A stretch of 64,000 nt of DNA from an uncultured Verrucomicrobiae bacterium (GCA_963762565.1 CAVXLD010000012.1:192001-256000); one strand, 5' to 3'; shown: positions 1 to 8,940, counted from the stretch's first letter. A program made the numbers and translations. The notes: generated from the letters alone by a model not told the origin.

Positions 1-435
1 GGCGAACGTGCGACCATAGAGCTCCGCCCGCTGCAAGATGTCTTCAACGCGCTTTTTTTCGTAGCGATCGGGATGCTATTCGATCCTGGTATCCTGCTGC
101 GCGAACCGTTCGCTGAGCTGGCCATCGTTGCTGTTATTGTGCTGGGTAAATCTGCGGCCTCGTTTCTGATTGTCGTCCTGTTGCGCTACCCAATCGGTAC
201 AGCGCTGATCGTTGCCGCCGGCTTGGCGCAGATCGGTGAGTTCTCTTTCATCCTGGCGGAACTCGGCATCGAGCTGCATCTGCTCCCGGCGGATGCGCAG
301 AGCTTGATTGTAGCAGGAGCTCTAATCTCAATTGCGTTGAACTCGTTTCTGCTGCGAGCAGCCCGGGCTGTCCAATCCAGGCGTGAAACACCGGTGGTTT
401 CCGCTGAATCGACCCCGGAGTCGCCAGTTGGTTGA
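1..435 (+). CDS. CPA2-family cation:proton antiporter (YbaL/RosB-like), 3' part; gene starts before the window
   Basis: Frame open from base 1 (LRPLQDVFNALFFVAIGMLFDP); contains the CPA2 motif GLAQIGEFSFILA and hydrophobic TM segments. Confidence 0.85.
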   Translation, partial: GERATIELRPLQDVFNALFFVAIGMLFDPGILLREPFAELAIVAVIVLGKSAASFLIVVLLRYPIGTALIVAAGLAQIGEFSFILAELGIELHLLPADAQSLIVAGALISIALNSFLLRAARAVQSRRETPVVSAESTPESPVG

Positions 436-448
436 GGCCGTTTTTTGG

Positions 449-733
449 TCAAACGAGATCAGCTAATGACGGATGGAATGATTTGGGCTGGAATTCGATG
501 ACCTCGTAATCCGCGATCTTTTCCTGGTAGAATGGATCCGCGTGGATCAGTTGGTCGACTTCCTCCCGGGTTTTGACCCGAGCTACAATTAGCCCTCCGG
601 TTCTTGGCACCTGCGGACCCGATACCAGTAGTTTCTCGTCACGATATGCTTGTTCCAGAAACGCGCGGTGGGCTGGAGCGACCCGGTCCACTTCTTCGAT
701 TGAGACCTTGTATTTCAGAATCAGGATATACAT
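449..733 (-). CDS. YciI family protein
   Basis: MYILILKY...AHRAFL...SGPQVPRTGGLIVA...DPFY pattern; ATG at 733 preferred over the track start 832. Confidence 0.8.
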   Translation of the reverse strand: MYILILKYKVSIEEVDRVAPAHRAFLEQAYRDEKLLVSGPQVPRTGGLIVARVKTREEVDQLIHADPFYQEKIADYEVIEFQPKSFHPSLADLV

Positions 734-834
734 GGGATTGAAAGAGGCTCGCTCGTAGCTCTTTTCTGACGCTATGACAATCGTTTTTTGTGAACGTTCT
801 CGGGAATCGAAATCGGAGACCGTTACAGCCAAGT

Positions 835-2091
835 CTATTTCAACCCCAACCGATGGTCATGCTCGATCTGGAGTAAGCGATTATACTTCGCTAAACGCTC
901 GGATTGCGTGATCGAGCCGACCTTGATGAAATCTCCGGCCCAACCCACCGCGAGATCAGCTAGCCAGTTATCTTCGGTCTCGCCGCTGCGCGCACTAATC
1001 GAGACCTGCCATCCTACGGATCGAGCAAGTTCATAACTATGCTTGGCTTCGGTTAATGTACCGATCTGGTTGACCTTCAACAGTAGCGCATTCGCCGCCC
1101 GCCGGTCGATCGCCCGTCGAATCCGCGCGGGATTCGTGCACGTTAAGTCGTCAGCCAGAGTTAAGCATCGATCGCCGAGGTGTTGTCGTAGCGCTGGCCA
1201 ATGATCCCAATCTTCCTCGGCCAACCCGTCCTCAACGCTGACCATTGGATAACGCCTCGCCCATGAGCTAACGGTCTCGATGAGTTCTGAAGGTGAAAGC
1301 GTTTTATCGTCTAGCTGATACAGACCGTCCGGATTGATAAAGTGGCTGGCAGCGACGTCTACGGCAAGAGCGACTTGATATCCCGGTGCGTAGCCCGCAG
1401 CTTCGATCGCTTCCACGGCGGTATCGAGCATTTCTGAGCTACTTGCAAAAGGAGGGGCTAATCCGCCTTCGTCTGCGGTTAGCGCTGGAGTCGAATACCT
1501 TTTTCTTATTATCTCAGCAGCTTGTTGATAAATGTCGTACATCTGGGCCAGGCGTTCCGAGATACTTAAGCCGGACTGCGGGACAATCAGCACGTCCTGA
1601 ATGGCGACCTGGCCGAAGGCATGTTTGCCGCCGCTAAAGAGGTTAATGGTTAATCCCGGCAAGCGAGGAGAAGCCGGAGATAACAATGACGCAAAATATT
1701 CGAAGAGCTCTACGTGCTGGTGAGCGGCGGCTGCGCGGGCAAATGCTAACGAGACAGCGAGGATAGCGTTGGCTCCGAGGCGGGATTTATCTGGGGTTCC
1801 GTCGAGTTCCAGGAGTCGAGTATCCAGCTGCTCCTGATCAGCGAACGACTCATGCTTTAAGGCAGCTGCAATCGGCCCTCGAATATTGCCAACCGCCTGT
1901 TGGCAGCCCAAGCCGCGGAAGCGTCTCCCGCCGTCGCGGATTTCTTTGGCTTCTGCCCGGCCGGTCGACGCACCTGATGGAATCGAAACATTAACCATCG
2001 CTCCGTCCTCTAGTTTCACCGCAGCCGCTACGGTTGGACGGCCGCGACTATCCAAAATCTCCCAGGCATCAACCGTCTCGACTTTGATCAT
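835..2091 (-). CDS. Enolase paralogue (phosphopyruvate hydratase family, divergent active site)
   Basis: EILDSRGRPTV, PSGASTG, LGANAILAVS, DEGG, EDG, DDL, LLKVNQIGT and SERLAKYNRLL motifs; SARSGET replaces SHRSGET. Confidence 0.9.
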   Translation of the reverse strand: MIKVETVDAWEILDSRGRPTVAAAVKLEDGAMVNVSIPSGASTGRAEAKEIRDGGRRFRGLGCQQAVGNIRGPIAAALKHESFADQEQLDTRLLELDGTPDKSRLGANAILAVSLAFARAAAAHQHVELFEYFASLLSPASPRLPGLTINLFSGGKHAFGQVAIQDVLIVPQSGLSISERLAQMYDIYQQAAEIIRKRYSTPALTADEGGLAPPFASSSEMLDTAVEAIEAAGYAPGYQVALAVDVAASHFINPDGLYQLDDKTLSPSELIETVSSWARRYPMVSVEDGLAEEDWDHWPALRQHLGDRCLTLADDLTCTNPARIRRAIDRRAANALLLKVNQIGTLTEAKHSYELARSVGWQVSISARSGETEDNWLADLAVGWAGDFIKVGSITQSERLAKYNRLLQIEHDHRLGLK

Positions 2092-3146
2092 ACGTCGATC
2101 TTCCAGGCGAATTCTTCCACCAACGCCGGCAGAGAATCAGGACGATGCCTAAGTAGATAGAGTGCAGCCTCTTTCTGTCGGCAGCGTTCATCATCGGAAA
2201 GATATTCGAGCGGCGACCGGCCTGACGTTCGGGCGAGGAGACAGGCGATGGTATTGCTTATTGCCCGGGTTTCGACTCCGTTGAACCATTGTGCCGATCC
2301 GGTTTCTGATTTGTACACTTTCCAATACTCGATTGCAGCATCTAGGAATGCCGACCGATGCTCTTTAAGGTGGAAGCCTTTGCTTAATAAGTGAGTCAGA
2401 CTGAATCCAAGATCAAACGCTGGATCACCGATGTGCACGACTTCGTGATCGAGTAGGATCAAGCGACCCTCGAAAACTAGAATATTCTTCGGACTGTAAT
2501 CCCCGTGTACGACTGTAACGCAATGGGTGCGGTTTGCTGCAATCACATCGCGTAAGAACGAGGCTGCTTCGGGAACTCTTTCTCCGGTGAATTGATAGTA
2601 GGGCTCCAACCTTAGCGTCTCAAAAAACACCCGGTCTTCAAAAGTGGGAAAAAGCTCCTTACGCAGTTCATAGCCTTTGCCATGGATACTCGCCAGCAGC
2701 CGACCGAACTGGCTGACGAAATCCCGATCAAGTCGGCCGCTGAGAAGTCGCTCTTTCCAGTTCTCGTGGGGTTCGGGTACCGCTTCCATCGTGAGCAGGT
2801 ATTGCTCTGGGTCTTCGAAAAGCAGCTTTGGAATGGTGTTTGCCGGAGTGACTAGTGGAAGATAACGCAACGCGTTGGCTTCCACTCGGATCCGGGACGG
2901 ATCACTGAACCAATCGGCTTGAACTCGTAGCTTGGACAGTGCTTGCTTTAGCACCCAGCGAGTCCCATCCGGACGCCGGAGCAGAACGGTTTTGTTTGAG
3001 ACCCCTCCGCGAAGCGCACAAAAAGTTGGGGTTTCCTGCTCCCCGATCCGTTCGTTCTCGCGCAAGTATCTCAGCAGATCATCCGCATTCTCGATATCAA
3101 GGGGCAAGGTTTGGGGTAAACGGGATGAATCTAAAGACGAGAGCAT
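2088..3146 (-). CDS. APH/choline-kinase-like phosphotransferase (5-methylthioribose kinase-like)
   Basis: GGVSN P-loop, VLKQAL, HGDYSPKNIL catalytic loop, LLDHE and GDPAFDLG; 4-nt overlap with the enolase gene. Confidence 0.85.
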   Translation of the reverse strand: MLSSLDSSRLPQTLPLDIENADDLLRYLRENERIGEQETPTFCALRGGVSNKTVLLRRPDGTRWVLKQALSKLRVQADWFSDPSRIRVEANALRYLPLVTPANTIPKLLFEDPEQYLLTMEAVPEPHENWKERLLSGRLDRDFVSQFGRLLASIHGKGYELRKELFPTFEDRVFFETLRLEPYYQFTGERVPEAASFLRDVIAANRTHCVTVVHGDYSPKNILVFEGRLILLDHEVVHIGDPAFDLGFSLTHLLSKGFHLKEHRSAFLDAAIEYWKVYKSETGSAQWFNGVETRAISNTIACLLARTSGRSPLEYLSDDERCRQKEAALYLLRHRPDSLPALVEEFAWKIDV

Positions 3147-3333
3147 GGTCGCGCCAAGAGAAAAACCTCGTTAGGAAACGGCTCCCTAGGAGACAGATCC
3201 TACAACGCCGGCATCGCTGACATCGCCGGAAACGCTCCCTGAGTTTGTGACTATCTTCCGCGCTAGCTCACGACGTACAGAAACGCGTTCAGCTCTGTAG
3301 AAGAGATATCTAATTTGGAACATTGGTCGCCCG

Positions 3334-3466
3334 CTAGAGCGCTCTATGAAATCGTTTCAAGACGCTTGAATTCGGCCTTTTTCCGGTTATGCATGTGTAT
3401 CAGCTTCTGCATATTTGTGCAGCAGCCCGGCTTCGTTCACCCAAACCCCTCAGACATGAGTCTTCG
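3334..3466 (+). promoter_or_regulatory. Upstream regulatory block of the malK-eltD operon (LacI-like site TGAAATCGTTTCA; near-palindrome CTGCATATTTGTGCAG); copy 1 of an inverted duplication
   Basis: Aligns with the reverse complement of 21150-21281 (25/27 and 30/35 identities in two blocks, with further similarity beyond). Confidence 0.7.
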
Positions 3467-3608
3467 CTGCAAAATGGGCAGGTCCGCCGCGGACGGATGT
3501 CGTTCGCTGCTCAAACAAAAGCTTGATCTCCCAAGTGAGCAGAAGTCCTTTGCAAATTAGCAACTCGTTCTAAGAAATTGGATTGATCCCCTGTCCTCTA
3601 AAAACCCA

Positions 3609-4751
3609 ATGGCTTACCTTGAGATCACTCAGCTGGACAAACACTACGACCGGTTTCAGGCGTTAAAGCAAATCAACCTGTCCGTTCAGAAAGAAGAATT
3701 CATTGTTTTTGTCGGTCCGTCCGGATGTGGGAAAACGACGCTTCTGCGAACGATCTCCGGGCTGGAAACACCCACCGTCGGCCAGATCACTTTGGATGGG
3801 CGAGACATTACCTATGTTCATCCATCGAAAAGGAACGTGGCGATGGTCTTCCAGAACTACGCACTTTTTCCACACCTGAGCGTCTTTGAAAATATCGCGT
3901 TTGGTCTGCGCTTGCATGGACTGTCCCGGCAAGAGATCGACCAGCGAGTGCAACGGGCAGCTAAATTGCTGCATCTCGAACCTTTACTGACGCGAAAGCC
4001 GAAACAGCTCTCCGGCGGCCAACGCCAACGGGTCGCAATCGGAAGGGCGATTGTGAAGCAGCCCAAGCTATTCTTGTTCGATGAGCCGTTGTCGAACCTT
4101 GATGCCAAGTTGCGGGTGCGGATGCGAGTCGAGCTCTTGAATCTGCATTACGAGACTCGGAATACGGCGGTCTACGTGACTCATGACCAGGTTGAAGCAA
4201 TGACGATGGCGGATCGGATCGTGATTCTAAACGACGGTCGAGTCGAGCAGGTCGGAACGCCGGTGGATCTCTACGAGCGGCCCACTAATAAATTCGTGGC
4301 CGGCTTTATCGGCTCACCGCAAATGAATTTCCTGGAGTTGACGGTAGAGACGCAACGCGAGAATGGGCTGGCGTGCGTAGCAGAAGGCCTGGGCAAGCTT
4401 ATGCTACCAATCCGAGCCGAAGCAGCAATTGACCAGAAGAAGGTTACTCTAGGAATAAGGCCCGAACACGTTCGGGTGGCCGCAACCGAGTCCAGTGTCC
4501 GGCTGCCTGCAGTCGTAAACATCGTGGAGAACCTCGGAAGCGAGAACCTTCTCCACGCCGAATTCGCCGATAACCAATTGTTGGTGGCAAAGATTGCCGG
4601 CGGCGTTGCTCCCGAGAGGAATCATCGGTTAACCCTCTTTCTGCCGGCTGAACATTTATATCTGTTCGATGAGCAGGAGAATGTGATTCCGGTTAGCCCT
4701 CTGGTCACGCCCGGAACCCCGCGTCCGCGGGAAAAGGCGAAAACCCCTTAA
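3609..4751 (+). CDS. Carbohydrate ABC transporter ATP-binding protein (MalK/UgpC family)
   Basis: Walker A GPSGCGKT, LSGGQRQR signature, FDEPLSNLDAKLR, YVTHDQ, C-terminal TOBE region (GIRPE). Confidence 0.95.
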   Translation: MAYLEITQLDKHYDRFQALKQINLSVQKEEFIVFVGPSGCGKTTLLRTISGLETPTVGQITLDGRDITYVHPSKRNVAMVFQNYALFPHLSVFENIAFGLRLHGLSRQEIDQRVQRAAKLLHLEPLLTRKPKQLSGGQRQRVAIGRAIVKQPKLFLFDEPLSNLDAKLRVRMRVELLNLHYETRNTAVYVTHDQVEAMTMADRIVILNDGRVEQVGTPVDLYERPTNKFVAGFIGSPQMNFLELTVETQRENGLACVAEGLGKLMLPIRAEAAIDQKKVTLGIRPEHVRVAATESSVRLPAVVNIVENLGSENLLHAEFADNQLLVAKIAGGVAPERNHRLTLFLPAEHLYLFDEQENVIPVSPLVTPGTPRPREKAKTP

Positions 4752-4785
4752 ACCAACTTAACCCAATCTAAGCGAGGAAATTGTT

Positions 4786-5880
4786 ATGAGTGCTGTTGCC
4801 GACAAGCTGCCAAAAACGATGGCGGTGATCATGTGTCACGGGCCCAAGGATTATCGACTTGAAGAACGGGCCGTACCCAAACCCGGTCCGGGCGAGGTGG
4901 TGATTCGAGTTAAAAGTACTGGGATCTGTGCCAGTGATATCAAGTGCTACACTGGCGCGGCTCTCTTTTGGGGCGATGAACATCGAAAAGGCTATTGTCA
5001 GGCGCCAGTTACACCCGGACATGAGTTTGTCGGTGAGGTCGTGGCGTTGGGTGAGGGCGCTGCGGAAAAGTACAAACTGAAAATCGGCGACCGGGCTATC
5101 AGCGAACAGATCGTACCGTGCTGGGAATGCGAGTACTGCCGAATGGGCGCGTATTGGATGTGCGCCGTTCACGATATTTACGGTTTCCGCCAACGTACGT
5201 TTGGGTCATGGGCGGAGTACATGTTGTTCCCGGCGGGGTCGCTGAATTACAAGGTGCCGGAAACGATTCCTTGGCATCACGCGGTTTTCATTGAGCCGCT
5301 TGCTTGTTCCATTCATGCGGTCGAGCGCGGTGATATCAAATATCAGGATACGGTGGTTATCGCCGGTTGTGGACCGTTGGGTCTGGGAATGGTTGCGGCG
5401 GCCAAAATGAAAGGGCCGGAGCGAATCATTGCTTTGGATCTGAGCGATGAACGGTTGGAAGTCGCTAAGGGCTGCGGAGCGGATATCGGGATCAATCCGA
5501 AAAAGGGAGATGCCATCGAACAAGTGCGCGCACTGACCGGCGGGTACGGGTGCGATGTTTATATCGAGGCGACAGGGCATCCGAGTGCGGTTGAGCAAGG
5601 CCTGCACATGATTCGTAAACTAGGCACCTTTGTTGAATTTAGTGTGATGCGGGAAAAGGTGACGGTTGACTGGACGATCATCGGCGACACGAAAGAGCTC
5701 AACGTCCACGGGTCTCATCTAGGTCCTCATTGCTATCCGGTCGCGATCCGAATGATCGAACAAGGCCTGCTGCCGATGGATCAAATCGTAACTCATCGGC
5801 TGGGCATGGGCGATTACCAGAAGGGTATCGATATGGTTATTTCAGGGCTGACCTCAGTGAAAGTCACGCTAGAACCTTAA
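4786..5880 (+). CDS. Zinc-dependent polyol dehydrogenase, erythritol/L-threitol dehydrogenase (EltD)-like
   Basis: MDR motifs GICASD, PGHEFVG, structural-Zn CWECEYC..C, GCGPLG; EltD-like features FWGDE, SEQIVPCW, VTVDWTIIGDTKEL, HLGP recalled from mycobacterial EltD. Confidence 0.8.
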   Translation: MSAVADKLPKTMAVIMCHGPKDYRLEERAVPKPGPGEVVIRVKSTGICASDIKCYTGAALFWGDEHRKGYCQAPVTPGHEFVGEVVALGEGAAEKYKLKIGDRAISEQIVPCWECEYCRMGAYWMCAVHDIYGFRQRTFGSWAEYMLFPAGSLNYKVPETIPWHHAVFIEPLACSIHAVERGDIKYQDTVVIAGCGPLGLGMVAAAKMKGPERIIALDLSDERLEVAKGCGADIGINPKKGDAIEQVRALTGGYGCDVYIEATGHPSAVEQGLHMIRKLGTFVEFSVMREKVTVDWTIIGDTKELNVHGSHLGPHCYPVAIRMIEQGLLPMDQIVTHRLGMGDYQKGIDMVISGLTSVKVTLEP

Positions 5881-5921
5881 CAAACAACATCTGATCACGA
5901 TGTAAACTAAGGACAAAACAA

Positions 5922-6344
5922 ATGCCATCCCCGGACTTGCGTCAGCAACTAGACCTAGTTCGCTCTATTCAGCCGGCGCTCCATGTTACCCAAAACTGGA
6001 ACTACGAGAATCCAGAGCCTCTGTACAAGGCCTATATGCACCCGCCTCACGATGTGGGCGGTCAGTACGATGTCCCAGTGAATCACGAGGAAAAGGAAGA
6101 AGAGGAATGGGAACTGAATACTTACGTTACGTGCGAAGTCTTGGGCTGGAGAGGTGTATGGACCGCTGAGGAGCGAAGGCGCCGGGCGGATAACGATTTG
6201 GGTTATACGCTTTACCTGGGTATGCCGTATTACGCACGGTGGATTTGGGCGGCAGCCAAGATGCTGGTCGACAAAAAGCATATTTCGCTGGCCGAACTGC
6301 AGGAAAAAATTGCGGAGGTTAAGGCTCGTCATGAAAAAAAGTAA
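5922..6344 (+). CDS. scnB: Thiocyanate hydrolase beta subunit
   Basis: QPALH, PHDVGG, EKEEEEWELNT, WRGVWTAEERRR and YLGMPYY.RW as in Thiobacillus ScnB; RBS AAGGA. Confidence 0.9.
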   Translation: MPSPDLRQQLDLVRSIQPALHVTQNWNYENPEPLYKAYMHPPHDVGGQYDVPVNHEEKEEEEWELNTYVTCEVLGWRGVWTAEERRRRADNDLGYTLYLGMPYYARWIWAAAKMLVDKKHISLAELQEKIAEVKARHEKK

Positions 6345-6660
6345 GACTACGGACGGGCCCGGGAAAGCGCCTGGGACGCGGAGCCTTTATAAAGTCGGCG
6401 ATCAAGTCCGGGTGCGGGATATGCCGTACATGTTCTACACTCGTTCGCAACTGTATACGCGCGGTGTTTTGGGGACCATCGCCGCTCTCACCTACAAGGA
6501 CCTCATCCCCGAGGAGGAAGCCTTCAACTGGGATGGGCAGGTCGAACAGTATTATATTGTGCGATTTCGCCAGAAGGATCTTTGGCCGGAGTATCCTTTC
6601 GACAACGATACCTTACAGACGGAGTGCCCTCACCGTTGGCTCGAACCTGCAACCCGCTGA
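6331..6660 (+). CDS. scnA: Thiocyanate hydrolase alpha subunit (SH3-like; NHase beta C-terminal homologue)
   Basis: VGDQVRVRD..FYTR..YTRG..GTI, EEEAF, F.QKDLWPEY, NDTLQTE; ATG 6331 with upstream GGAGG overlaps the scnB stop. Confidence 0.9.
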   Translation: MKKSKTTDGPGKAPGTRSLYKVGDQVRVRDMPYMFYTRSQLYTRGVLGTIAALTYKDLIPEEEAFNWDGQVEQYYIVRFRQKDLWPEYPFDNDTLQTECPHRWLEPATR

Positions 6661-7415
6661 TGAGCCATAAAGAAAAGAATATGAGCCATACACATACTCA
6701 CGGAAATTCTGGTCATACCCCTCACAAAGCGGCTCCGATGGTGGAAGAAATAACCGACTACGAGGTTTTAGAAATTGCCGTACGGGAGCTTGCGATTGAG
6801 CACGGTCTCTTCACCGCAGAGGATCATCGCAGATTCACGGAGTGGGCAGAATCGATTGGACCAGCGGCGGGTTCTCGATTGGTGGCGAAAGCGTGGACCG
6901 ATCCCGCTTTCAAGGCCCGTGCCCTGAAAGACGGCGTCAAAGCTTGCAAGGAAGTCGGCGTCGATTGGGCGGAGCCGACGGGATTCGGCACTCCGAGCGA
7001 TTACATGGAATTTCATCTGCTTGAAGATACGCCAACCCTGCATCATGTGATTGTGTGTACGCTCTGCTCGTGTTATCCGCGCCCCTTGCTGGGAATGTCG
7101 CCGGAATGGTACCGCACCACTAATTACCGCCGCAGGTTAGTCCGCTGGCCCCGTCAAGTCCTGGCAGAGTTTGGGTTAATCCTTCCGCCCGAGGTGGAGG
7201 TACGCGTAGAGGACTCGAACCAGAAGTGCCGCTTTATGGTTCTTCCGATGCGACCCAAAGGGACCGAGAAATGGACCGAGAAGCAACTGGAGGCGATTGT
7301 CACACGTGATTGCATGATTGGAGTCGCGCTGCCAAAACCGGGACGAACAGCAGACGTTCACCCAATCCAAAAGGCTCGACGGCCTGTGAAGAGCTCGCAT
7401 CAGGAGGGCGCCTGA
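6660..7415 (+). CDS. scnC: Thiocyanate hydrolase gamma subunit (Co-binding catalytic subunit)
   Basis: Co-type metal motif VCTLCSCYPRP, His-rich N-terminus, APMVEE, FGTPSDY, SPEWYR..NYRRRLVRWPRQVLAEFGL; start 6660 (TGATG coupling) or 6681. Confidence 0.93.
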   Translation: MSHKEKNMSHTHTHGNSGHTPHKAAPMVEEITDYEVLEIAVRELAIEHGLFTAEDHRRFTEWAESIGPAAGSRLVAKAWTDPAFKARALKDGVKACKEVGVDWAEPTGFGTPSDYMEFHLLEDTPTLHHVIVCTLCSCYPRPLLGMSPEWYRTTNYRRRLVRWPRQVLAEFGLILPPEVEVRVEDSNQKCRFMVLPMRPKGTEKWTEKQLEAIVTRDCMIGVALPKPGRTADVHPIQKARRPVKSSHQEGA

Positions 7416-7750
7416 TGAATGCCGATCGGATTGCGCTCTTGGAGGCTACTCGCAATCAAGACAAGGCATGGGAGGTGCTGGCCCCGCGGTATGGGGTGAC
7501 TAACCTAAATCCACCTTGGAAAACGAGTCTTACCGCAATGTGTGACTGCCTTGCGGTCAGCGGAGCACTTCCGGCGCTGGACCGGCGGAAAGCTGAGGAT
7601 GCGCTGGCAGAGACCGTATATATGGACGTACCTTCGCCCGAACGTCAGTTGCTCGCACTTGTCCATACCATGGTCAGCCGCGGTCTGGTGACCGAGGCGG
7701 ATCTGGCGAGCCGAATGCGTACTATTCGAGCGCGGCTGGAAGCGGTTTAG
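7415..7750 (+). CDS. SCNase activator / metallochaperone (P15K-like, NHase accessory fold)
   Basis: 111 aa directly after scnC (AGGAGG RBS, TGATG coupling); NHase-beta-N-like pattern PPW...DRR..ED...Y..PE.QLLA...GLVTEADL..RM. Confidence 0.75.
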   Translation: MNADRIALLEATRNQDKAWEVLAPRYGVTNLNPPWKTSLTAMCDCLAVSGALPALDRRKAEDALAETVYMDVPSPERQLLALVHTMVSRGLVTEADLASRMRTIRARLEAV

Positions 7751-7814
7751 GGCAGCAATATCGCACTGGTCTGCAACCAAACCGCAATTTTGCGCGCACC
7801 GAGGCTGATATAGG

Positions 7815-8873
7815 ATGATTTGGAGGCAGTTTAGACGGGTTTTCAAGGACCGGGCAGCTGATCTCCGCGTTTCGATCATCGGTATCTATCTCATTCTTTT
7901 CGCGATGAATCTTGCCGCGTGGGCCTGGGCGTTTGCGGCTTTTTATTCGCATCCGGTGCTGTTAGGAACTTCGTTATTAGCCTACAGCTTTGGTCTTCGG
8001 CATGCCGTGGATGCGGACCACATCGCGGCGATCGACAACGTTACCAGGAAATTGATGAACGACGGAAAACGCCCGGTTTCCGTTGGCTTCTTTTTCTCGC
8101 TTGGTCATTCAACCGTGGTTTTACTCGCTTGCTTTGCCGTGGCTCTGACCACGAGCGCGTTGCAAAATCGTTTTGGCCCTCTTCAGCGGGTCGGTGGAAT
8201 AATTGGTACTTCTGTATCTGCGGGTGTCTTGTTCGCGTTAGCGTTCATGAACATCCTGATCATGACCAGGATTTGGCAGACGTTCCAGCGGGTACGGCAT
8301 GGAGGACGTTATGTCGACGAGGACATGGATATTATTCTGGCGCGAGGAGGTTTACTGGCCCGGATTTTCCGACCGCTCTTCAGGTTGATCACGAAAAGCC
8401 GGCACATGTATCCATTGGGTTTTTTGTTTGGGCTAGGATTTGAGACCGCCACAGAAGTGGCCCTTGTAGGTCTATCCGCCTCGGAAACCGCCAAAAACTT
8501 GCCGATTTGGTCAGTTCTCGTTTTTCCGGCTTTATTTACGGCCGGCATGTCGATGGTGGATACAACGGACGGGATTCTGATGCTGGGCGCTTACGGCTGG
8601 GCATTCTTAAACCCGTTGCGAAAGCTTTTTTACAATCTCACGGTCACAGCCGTCTCCGTGTTGGTGGCGGTACTGATCGGGGGAGTGGAGACCTTGGGCC
8701 TTATCGGTGATCAGCTCTCTTTTACCGGCTGGTTTTGGGATATTGTCCGCTCGGCCAACGACAATTTTGGCCTGATCGGTTACCTTATCATTGGGTTGTT
8801 CGTAGCGAGTTGGTTCCTGTCGCTGATTATCTATCGAATCAAGGGGTACGATAAGGTGGTGGTGTCAAATTAA
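7815..8873 (+). CDS. NiCoT (HoxN/HupN/NixA/NhlF family) high-affinity Ni/Co permease
   Basis: Signature GLRHAVDADHIAAIDNVTRK, FSLGHSTVV, GFLFGLGFETATE, DTTDG. Confidence 0.95.
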   Translation: MIWRQFRRVFKDRAADLRVSIIGIYLILFAMNLAAWAWAFAAFYSHPVLLGTSLLAYSFGLRHAVDADHIAAIDNVTRKLMNDGKRPVSVGFFFSLGHSTVVLLACFAVALTTSALQNRFGPLQRVGGIIGTSVSAGVLFALAFMNILIMTRIWQTFQRVRHGGRYVDEDMDIILARGGLLARIFRPLFRLITKSRHMYPLGFLFGLGFETATEVALVGLSASETAKNLPIWSVLVFPALFTAGMSMVDTTDGILMLGAYGWAFLNPLRKLFYNLTVTAVSVLVAVLIGGVETLGLIGDQLSFTGWFWDIVRSANDNFGLIGYLIIGLFVASWFLSLIIYRIKGYDKVVVSN

Positions 8874-8940
8874 ACGTAGTTGGCACCACTCGACCAAAGA
8901 CCGCCATTCTTGACCCGTGCCGGCACACTCACAAGGCACT

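Noticed and set aside
835..2091. Labelling this gene as the housekeeping eno
   Set aside because: Conserved active-site residues are substituted and the context is catabolic, so the symbol is withheld
6154..7414. Longer starts given by the ORF track (6154, 6582, 7310)
   Set aside because: They overlap upstream genes deeply; homology and RBS or TGATG coupling support 6331, 6660/6681 and 7415
5922..7415. Calling the cluster an ordinary nitrile hydratase
   Set aside because: The beta-equivalent is split in two genes, the order is beta-alpha-gamma, and CYPRP/EERRR arginines plus SCNase-specific segments (FGTPSDY, RRRLVRWPRQVL) point to thiocyanate hydrolase
7751..7814. Cobalamin or NiCo riboswitch before the NiCoT gene
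   Set aside because: Only 64 nt of intergenic space and no recognisable riboswitch motifs
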